Assembly (NCBI GenBank): GCA_025594325.1
Contig: JANHCV010000006.1
Span: 1,178,001-1,242,000 of the forward strand
Length of the DNA stretch: 64,000 nucleotides
Direction: 5' to 3'
Source: Blastocladiella emersonii ATCC 22665
Lineage: Eukaryota; Fungi; Blastocladiomycota
Shown here: positions 56,552 to 64,000 of the stretch, in pieces
Position numbering within the stretch: the first letter of the stretch is position 1
How the letters are laid out: each line of letters opens with the position of its first letter
Translations under genes and position numbers: made by a program
Notes under the pieces: model-generated
Seen by the model: the letters and a program-made list of their open reading frames with translations, nothing else
Databases searched by the model: none
Told to the model about the DNA's origin: nothing

Positions 56552-57833
56552 TGGGTCGGGTCCCGCAACGGGCGCGGGCGATACCAAGGCGTGTGAGTCA
56601 TCGTGTATGATTGATTGAATTGAACCCTCCCTCGTTGCTCTCCTGTGCCTACTCGTGTGAATGCATCAAGTAGTGGGGCGGCGTCGGCGATATGGTGGAG
56701 GAGTGGGAGCTCGGCTCGCGTCTCGCGGCGCGGCGTGAGACATCACCTGACCCGTCACGTGGTTTTTCGACGCGTCTCGATCAACCCCGTTTCGCGGCCC
56801 CCTCGCTCTTGCTCCAAGGGTGCCAACCTGTTGCGACCGCCGTTCTCGCTCCTCGCATCCCACTCTGGCGCGCAAACGAGTGCTGGGAACACCGGTCCCG
56901 CGATGAACCGCGCCCGGCCCCATCGCGCTCACGGTCACTCCACATCACTCCACACACGCTGCAACGCGCGCAAATGAGAATGAGATGAGCAGCGACCACG
57001 ATGAAGGGTCACACTGGAGCAGTCGTCCGGTCAAACGAGTCGCGCCGACGCGCCGTCACGGTGACTGATGCGAGCTGCGGAACGCGGCAATCTTGCGAGA
57101 CCTCATTCGCATAACGAAAGGTGAGGAATCATGCAACCCGGTGCTGTTAGCTTGATGCGAGCGCGAGGCGAGTCTCATGCGGAATTGCAGACATTTGAGG
57201 TCACAGGGCCGATCCAATAGATTCAACCGGGGATCTTGACCCATCCGCCGTCGCGTGGTCGCGCGCTTGACCTCGTGCCCGCAAGCATGAATGATGGGAT
57301 TTATTGCAATGAATCTCATCACACCCGGCCCTGCGGCCACTAGAACAGTACTTCGTGCTCGGCCCAACTTCGCGTTGCAAGCCGAACTTGTCGCCGTGCC
57401 CAGTGCGGGGATCTCATCCGGATTCTGAGAGTCTCAGCGTGTTTGAAGCTTGTAAGTTTCTTCAACTACGGCTGCACACACAGTGGAGAACCGCAGCGCG
57501 CAACTTTGCGCGCTCCAATGCGGACACAATCCAAGGCCGATTGTGATGGGCCGGTGATGGGCGAGCGGGTCACACGGTCGATCGGATTTCCGCGCAGCTG
57601 GGGACGCGCCGCTGCTGCCGCCAACTCTCTCGGCGGCGCTCAAAACGTGCGGTAAATAAGCTGTCTCCCACAGGCCTGTTATGGAGTTTCATAGTCGGGT
57701 GAAGCGCTCCATAATGCATCTCAAGTCGGTCATGCGTTGCCACGGCGGCTGAACCCGCATCACGCGCGCGCGTTGCGGGCTTCCGAAATGAGGACCGCGT
57801 CGAGCTTGACGAACGCGCGGGCCAGACGCAGAG

Positions 57834-57839
57834 TATAAA
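57834..57839 (+). promoter_or_regulatory. TATA box of the secreted peptide gene
   Basis: GTATAAAG about 95 nt upstream of ATG 57932. Confidence 0.6.
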
Positions 57840-57898
57840 GAGCGGCCGCGCCCCGCGGCGTCCAAGAGTGATCCGCCAGCAAGTCCCTAAGCGACCTA

Positions 57899-57920
57899 CC
57901 CCACCCCACCCCACCCCACC
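57899..57920. repeat. (CCCCA)n tract; G4-forming on the minus strand
   Basis: cccc-a-cccc-a-cccc-a-cccc-a-cc; the complement is GGGGT x4. Confidence 0.7.
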
Positions 57921-57931
57921 AACTAGACAAG

Positions 57932-58235
57932 ATGCGCGCCTCCAAGATCGTCCTCGCCCTCGCCGTCGTCCTCGGATTCGCCATGAACGGCGTCGCTGCC
58001 GCCGAGGCCTCGACCGAGTCGGCTTCGGTCACTGGTACAGTTCTGGATCCTCGGCTCTCGACCCCAAAGCGTCGCTGACCCTCTTTGCACTCGTTTCCCC
58101 TCAGGTACCGACTACGGTTGCTGGCTCAAGTGCGTGAAGCGCTGCGACGTCAAGTGCGGCAACAACAACAGCTGCTCCAACTCGTGCTACAACGACTGCG
58201 ACCGCATCTGCCAGCGCGACCCCATCCGCCCGTGA
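57932..58235 (+). CDS. Small secreted 8-cysteine peptide (77-aa precursor), one intron
   Basis: Exon 1 encodes the signal peptide MRASKIVLALAVVLGFAMNGVAA. Intron 58035-58104 (GTACAG, branch GCTGAC, CAG). Exon 2 encodes GTDYGCWLKCVKRCDVKCGNNNSCSNSCYNDCDRICQRDPIRP*, with strongly C/G-ending codons. Confidence 0.9.
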
Positions 58236-58439
58236 GCACGCGATGTCAAGCAACAAGGGCCGGAGACTCTGGAGGGTCGAGAAGTTTTGAATACACACGG
58301 TCCTTGTATATTTTGAACCTAATTGGCGTACATGATGAGCGACCTGAAACGCGGCGCTCATTTGCATGTGCTGTGGCGCACGCGTCGCCGAGCCACTCTG
58401 TTGAAACCAGCGATGAGGTAGGTTAGAAGATCTATTGAA

Positions 58440-60019
58440 TCACACCGACTCCTTCTTGAGGTCAACCTGCTCGTCGCCCACATCCACAAACGTCTCGGCA
58501 TTCACGCGCGCGAGGGCCGCATCGACCTCGGCGTGCCAGTCAATGTAGCGCGTCATGTAAATCACCTCGCAGACAAAACACGTCGTGAGCCCGGCCGCGA
58601 GCCCCCACCACATGCCCGACAACCCCACCTTGGCGACGAACGTGAGAATCAGCCCGAGCGGGATGCCGAGCAGGTAGTAGGCGCCGAGGTTGAACATGGC
58701 GCCGACCTTCTGCTTGCCGCACCCGCGGATCGCGCCGCCGATGATGCACACGGACGCGTCGGCGAACTGGAACAGCGTGAGGATCGGGATGACGGAGGCG
58801 GCGAGCGCGATCACGTCCGCGTCCGACGTGAAGATGTAGGGCACCTGGTACCGGAACGAGAACAGGAGGACCGAGATGACGAGGCTCGCGGCGAGCCCGA
58901 CCACGATGGACGTGGCCATGGTGTGGCTCGCGGCCTTGGCGTTGCCGGCGCCCAGGAAATTGCCGACACGCGCGCTCGAGACCATGCCGAACCCGTAGAA
59001 GACCGTGATGAGCAGCGACGACGTGTTGATCAGGATCGCCTGCGCCGCGAGCGGCAGCGGGCCCAGGATGCCCGCCATGAGCGCCACGAACTCGAACAAC
59101 CACCATTCCGAACACACCTGGAGCATTCCCGGGACGCCGAGCGCGATGAACGGCTTCCACCCGCGCAGCGCGTCGAGCGACCACGGCGCCCAGAACTGGT
59201 GGCCGTCGACGCGCCACACGTACAGGATCAGCAGGCACATGCCGATCCACTCGCTGACCGTGTTCGCGGCGGCGGTCCCAAAGAACCCGAGCTTGAGCGG
59301 CGAGTCGACAAAGGTGAGAAAGTAGCCGAGCCCGCCGTTGATGGGGATTGTGATGAGCGACACGAATAGCTGCGCGTTCACGACGCCCTGCGCGACCAGG
59401 AACTTGGCTGTACAGTCGCTCACGATCATGGGAAACAGACCGAGCCACAACACGCGAATGTACTGGCCCGCCATGCGCGCGAGGTCGTGGTCCTGGCCCG
59501 CGAGACGGAGCAGCGGCTCGGCGAACCACCAGAGAAACGTGAGCGGGATCGCGATGGTGAAGTTGATGAGGATGGCGCGCTGCAGGTAGATGCCCGGTTG
59601 CCGCGGGTTCTTGGCGCCCGTCACGGCCTGCGACGCGAGCGTGTCGAGCGAGCTCGAGAGACCGAAACAGATCGAGAAGCCGAGGATGTTGGAGAACTAG
59701 CATGGCGGGACAGGTCAGTTGCTGGTCTCCATCGCGCGAGTGCGTGTGAAGCGCGTACCATGACGGCGAGCGTGGCGGCTGCGAGTTCTGTTGCTCCAAG
59801 GTGGCCGATCATGAGCGTAGGCAGCACATTGTTGGCAAACGACAGCGACGAGCCCGCGATGCATGGTATGGACGTGGTGACGAGCGTTTTTGCCTCGGTC
59901 CACGCTTCCTGCGCGGTCGGCAGCGGGATTCGGCCGTGCGAGGGCGTTGGTGCGCGAGGAGCAGCGGCCTCGGCGGCGGGCTCGGAGGTCGAGTGGGTGA
60001 TGGCGTCGCTGGAGGTCAT
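58440..60019 (-). CDS. MATE-family efflux transporter, one intron
   Basis: GHLGATELAAATLA, LDTLASQA, EWWLFE, SARVGNFLGAGN, GAIRGCGKQ, YYLLGIPLG. Intron 59697-59758. TATAAA near 60078-60083 on the minus strand. Confidence 0.93.
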
Positions 60020-60616
60020 CGCTTGAGGGAGGAACTGGTGATGAAGGACACTGGGGTTAGGCGGGGACGCCTTGGCTTTATACCGCGAACCCTGGCCGCG
60101 TACAACGGTTCAACTCTCGGAAATCGTAAGAACGAACCGCGGCTCCGCGTCCCGGGTTGAGTCGGCGGCCGCGCGACGGCGCGACGCGAAAATTCTCCCG
60201 CCCCCGCCTGGCTGGCGGCGCCCCCGGGAGAACCGGGTGAGGTTCAACCGGACCTTGACTCAACGGATTGTTTCAGTTGTCGGGAGCGCTACGCCTTCCG
60301 CCGCTGCCGATCAGCGGTCCGATCACGGCGTGCTGCGCCACCATCGACATGTCGGCCATCGTGTCGTCATCGCCGCTCCTCGTCTTGACTCATTTTAAGG
60401 TTCAGTTAGGCCGAGCGCGTCGCCGTGACGAACTTCAGCAGGTCCTGAGATCACGTCGTTCCACGCCATCGCGGAATTTGGCCGCGGAGGCCGCGTTTTT
60501 GTCGAGGTTGCTTCAGCGACCATCATCAAGCGGGAGACAAGCAGTTGATATGAAGTGCTCTGGTATTACATTGCCATCAACAAGGGGGTAAGGGTAACAC
60601 GAAAAGGAATCGAGAA

Positions 60617-63600
60617 TCACTCGGCACGACCAGCCGCCGCCGCGGCACCCGAACTCGACCCCGCCGCGGCGCCGGCGCCCGTCGCGTACTGCGCCTCGTA
60701 CACGGCCTGGCGCTCCTGGATCTGGCGCTCGAGCTTCTCCTGCGACTGGTAGTACGAGCTCATGCGGTTGTAGAACTTCTGCTTGGCGAGGTCGTCGCCG
60801 TTGAGCCCGAGGTTGCCCGGCGGGATGAAGGGCGGGAAGAAGGGCACGCCGCCGGTCCCGCCCGACGGCGCCACGTGCATGCTGCCCGTGGGCATCGACA
60901 TGGGCCGACTCGAGCTGCCGCTGAACGTCGGCGTGCGCCGCTGCAGGGGCCGGTTCGGCGACGGGGACCCGTCGCGCGCGCCCGTGCCGCCGCGGGACGA
61001 GAGGACGGACGTGTCGCCGGCCGCCGAGGCGGCGCCGCGGCTCGTGGTCCCGCTACGGCGCGGGGCGGGGCCGGGGCGGCCGCGCGTGGCACCCGCATTC
61101 GGCGGCGAGCGGACGGCGGACGCGGGCGGGCCGGTGACGGTGCGCGTGGGCGGGGTCGAGGGGACGCCGCCGCGGCCGACGGACCGTGACGCGCCGGTGC
61201 TGCCCGAAGTCGGCGTGTTGCGGCGCGAGGAGACCGTGATATCGCTGTCTGAGACGTTCCACGCGGCGTTGTTGCGGGACCCGACGCGGGCCGAGGCGGG
61301 CGGGGCGCGGGTCTGGCGGGGCGGGCGCTGCGCGGCGGTCGACGCCGGGTTGGGCGCGGGCCGCTGGCGGCCGGACGCGGTGCTGACGACGGACGTGTTG
61401 GCGGCGACAGCCGCGCGGCCGCCGCGGATCACCTTGCTGCGCGGAGGCTCGGGCTCGTTGAGCTGCGACCGGTTGAGGTACACTTCGTCGCTCTCGTCGA
61501 GCTCCTCGCTGTGCGAGTGGTACCCGTCCTCGTCGTCGTCGTCCCCGACGTCGGACGCGCCGCGCAGCCCGTCGTCGTCCTCCTCCTCGGCCAGATCGCC
61601 GAGCAGCTCGTGGTGATGGTGGTGGTGCTGATACTCGTCGTCGTAGTCGCCGTACGTCGTCTCGTCAAAGTCATCGCCGTCGTCCTCGCCGGCGGCGAAC
61701 ACGGCGTCGTCGCTCCACTGGGGGCGGCGGTTGCGCTGCGACGAGCGATCGACGCTCTTGGCGCCACCGGCGCCGCGAGCCCGCTTCTGCTGTGCGGCAC
61801 CGCCGCCGAGGTTGCCGATCGACGGCACGCGCGTGAGCTTCGGGATGCGCGAAGGGAGCGACGCCGCGGCCGCCGCGGGCGCAGCCGCCGAGAGGTTGGG
61901 CATCGAGACCGAGTGCTGCGGCATGCCGTACACCGCCGCCGCCGCCGACGCGTACGGCGCGGCCGCGTACATGTGCGGGACGGGCGGCGCGTTCGCGGCC
62001 GCGACCGCTGAGAGCGGGCGCGAGGGGACCACGGGCGGCGGGGGCGGCATCTGCATCGGCGGTCCCGCGTACTGCTGCTGCGGCCCTTGGGGGTTGCCGC
62101 CAAACGCCATGACCTGCTGCGTGGCGTTCTGCGACGTCGAGACGTACATGTTCCACAGCACGTCTTCGAGGCGCGCGCGGTACCGCTCGAGGTCGAAGGT
62201 GGTGCGCACGAGGTCGCGCTCGGCCGCGTACCGCGCGAGCACGTGCGACGCGGCCACGTCCATGGTGTCGAGCAGCGAACGCAGGCGCAGGTCCGACCGC
62301 AGCTGCACCTCGTGGTGCGTCATGCGCTCGCGCAGGTAGTTGGCCGTTGACAGGTCCGGCTGTGCGGGCGGCGCCGGCGCGGTGGCGGGTGCGGTGGCGG
62401 GCGTGGTGATGGTGGTTGTGGTAGGGGCGGCGACGGCCGTGGGGCCCGAAATGGCGACCTGGTTGTGCTCGGTGGCCGTCGGACCAGCGGTCTCAGCCTC
62501 GCTCGCGGGCGGCGCGATCGACGGCGCGGGCGACTTGATGGACGCGGGCATCGGCGACGCCGACATATGGCGGTCGCGCAGCAGCGCGTGGATGCTGGCG
62601 TTGGAGGGCGTGGTGGCGGGCTCGGCGGGCTCGGGGGCGGCCTCGGCCTCGGTCTCGACGGTGGCGTGGGCGGCGGGCTCGTCGACGACGTCGTGGTCCG
62701 AGAGGATCATGGACCCCGAGTGCGCATCATCATCGACCACAGCCGCCTCCTCGGTGCGCGGAGCAGCGGCAGCAGCAACGGCGGCAGCGCTGTCCGACGC
62801 AGCCGACTCGGACGCAGGCTCGGGCTCCGACTCGGCAGCGGGCGCGACGATCATGGTGTCGCCGACGATGGCGCCGTCGGCGTGCAACGGGAGCGCCTTG
62901 GCCCAGTCGGAGAAGGAGATGGGGTGCTCGTCGTCCTCGGCGTTGGCGTCGTCTTGGGCGGGTTCAGCAGCAGCGGCCGCGCCGTCATCGTCCTTGACGA
63001 GCGTCACCACCTGCTCGTCGGCCGTCTCGGACGCAGCCGCCGCCGCGATCTGGCGCTGCTCCGATTCGTCACGATGAACGGTCGTCCCCCAAATCACGCC
63101 GCCGTCCTGCATCTGGTGCGCGGCGACGCGCGCGCGGTGGGACTCGACCGCGAGCTCCTCGGCGCGCCGCGCGGCCTCGCGGTGCTCGTCGACGAGCGCG
63201 CGGTGCCGGCGACACCGAGCCTCGATGACCGCGACATCCCGGCGCGCGCGGTCCGCGACCTTGCGCACGTCGCCCTCGAAGACGGCCGAGAAGCTCTCCC
63301 ACGGCTCGGCGCGGTACTTGCCCGTGCGCATGCCGAAGTCGCCGACACTCCAGGCGGCGAGCGTCGCGACGAGCGCGTGGCGCAGGTGCGCGGCCTGCGT
63401 CGCGTACACGGGCAGGTCGTGCGGCACGTCGGCGGCCGACTCGACGGCGTGCAGCGCGATCACTGCGTCGGTCAGCGGGCGCAGCGGCTCGGAGAAGTAC
63501 GGGTGCAGGTCGTGTGTCGTCGCTGAGTGCAGGATCAGCGGGCCGGCGGCGGCGGCGGATGCGTCGTCGTCGGCGACGCGCATCGTGGTGGTGGTGTTGG

Positions 63601-63820
63601 GGTCGGCGGAGCCGGAACCGGCGGCTCGCGGGTCGGAGAGCGACATACCGGCGGCGGAAGAAGACAGGCGCGGGCCGGGGACGGCGATCGAGGCGAGCGA
63701 GGCGCGGCGGGCGCGCGGGCGGAACGGCGGCAGCGGCGGCGGCGGGAGGTGCTTGATGGTGTGCGGGTCGGGGCGGGCGGGCAGCGGCTGGTACAGTCCG
63801 TACGGCGGACGGTAGTCCAT
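60617..63820 (-). CDS. Large low-complexity protein with helical/coiled-coil segments, function unknown
   Basis: 1067-aa frame with strong C/G-ending codon bias. Helical segments FEGDVRKVADRARRD...EELA and ERMTHHEVQL...VLWNMY, plus acidic and poly-His tracts. A probable 5' intron (GCTGAC...TAG acceptor near 63847) lies upstream. Confidence 0.75.
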   Translation of the reverse strand: MDYRPPYGLYQPLPARPDPHTIKHLPPPPLPPFRPRARRASLASIAVPGPRLSSSAAGMSLSDPRAAGSGSADPNTTTTMRVADDDASAAAAGPLILHSATTHDLHPYFSEPLRPLTDAVIALHAVESAADVPHDLPVYATQAAHLRHALVATLAAWSVGDFGMRTGKYRAEPWESFSAVFEGDVRKVADRARRDVAVIEARCRRHRALVDEHREAARRAEELAVESHRARVAAHQMQDGGVIWGTTVHRDESEQRQIAAAAASETADEQVVTLVKDDDGAAAAAEPAQDDANAEDDEHPISFSDWAKALPLHADGAIVGDTMIVAPAAESEPEPASESAASDSAAAVAAAAAPRTEEAAVVDDDAHSGSMILSDHDVVDEPAAHATVETEAEAAPEPAEPATTPSNASIHALLRDRHMSASPMPASIKSPAPSIAPPASEAETAGPTATEHNQVAISGPTAVAAPTTTTITTPATAPATAPAPPAQPDLSTANYLRERMTHHEVQLRSDLRLRSLLDTMDVAASHVLARYAAERDLVRTTFDLERYRARLEDVLWNMYVSTSQNATQQVMAFGGNPQGPQQQYAGPPMQMPPPPPVVPSRPLSAVAAANAPPVPHMYAAAPYASAAAAVYGMPQHSVSMPNLSAAAPAAAAASLPSRIPKLTRVPSIGNLGGGAAQQKRARGAGGAKSVDRSSQRNRRPQWSDDAVFAAGEDDGDDFDETTYGDYDDEYQHHHHHHELLGDLAEEEDDDGLRGASDVGDDDDEDGYHSHSEELDESDEVYLNRSQLNEPEPPRSKVIRGGRAAVAANTSVVSTASGRQRPAPNPASTAAQRPPRQTRAPPASARVGSRNNAAWNVSDSDITVSSRRNTPTSGSTGASRSVGRGGVPSTPPTRTVTGPPASAVRSPPNAGATRGRPGPAPRRSGTTSRGAASAAGDTSVLSSRGGTGARDGSPSPNRPLQRRTPTFSGSSSRPMSMPTGSMHVAPSGGTGGVPFFPPFIPPGNLGLNGDDLAKQKFYNRMSSYYQSQEKLERQIQERQAVYEAQYATGAGAAAGSSSGAAAAAGRAE

Positions 63821-64000
63821 GCGGAGGGTGGGGGCGCGGTCGGGGGCTACATCGGCAGGGATCGGTCAGCGCAAGGTCGCTGCGGGGGGCGGCGAGTGCG
63901 TTGCGAGCATACATGGACTCCCGCAGGAGAGGAAGCGTGTGAAAGAGGCAGATCACACTCTCAGTCGCCGAAGTCACCGCGCGCTGTCGCAAGCACACGG

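Noticed and set aside
1-64000. CRISPR arrays, tRNA/rRNA genes, intact transposons
   Set aside because: No repeat-spacer arrays, cloverleaf or rRNA signatures, transposase or RT motifs, or terminal repeats were recognised by eye.

Overview
This is a gene-dense, very GC-rich eukaryotic window. Most introns are short (57-112 nt), with GTACGC-type donors, CTGAC/CTAAC branch sites and YAG acceptors. It encodes a Zn(II)2Cys6 factor and both a B12-dependent (MetH) and a B12-independent (MetE) methionine synthase. This fits an early-diverging fungus, probably Blastocladiomycota-like (inference, no search run). Recognisable genes: a two-finger GATA factor, a Ycf45/SpoIIIAA-like AAA ATPase with an N-terminal exonuclease-like module, an ABHD13-like hydrolase, MTG1, AP-2 alpha, VPS2/CHMP2A, MetH, NudE, an F-box/LRR-like protein, a WD40 protein, a coiled-coil RING protein with about 12 introns, a GRAM-VASt (LAM/Aster) protein, a Kelch membrane protein, an EngB GTPase, GOT1, QPRT/BNA6, a CTL/SLC44 transporter, MetE, CFD1/NUBP2 and a MATE transporter. 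Lower-GC stretches (about 18.3-22 kb, 25-30.7 kb and 33.5-35 kb) hold decayed or lineage-specific genes. These include a GNAT pseudogene, a frameshifted tandem pair of small membrane proteins and an orphan 3' half of a P450. The most novel signals are two spliced genes that the ORF track does not show intact. One is an orphan 7TM GPCR-like gene (55406-56551). The other, 1.4 kb downstream, is a 77-aa secreted peptide with a symmetric 8-Cys array, CX3CX3CX3C-X5-CX3CX3CX3C (57932-58235), followed by the MATE transporter. Many long antisense ORFs in the track are artefacts of codon bias.
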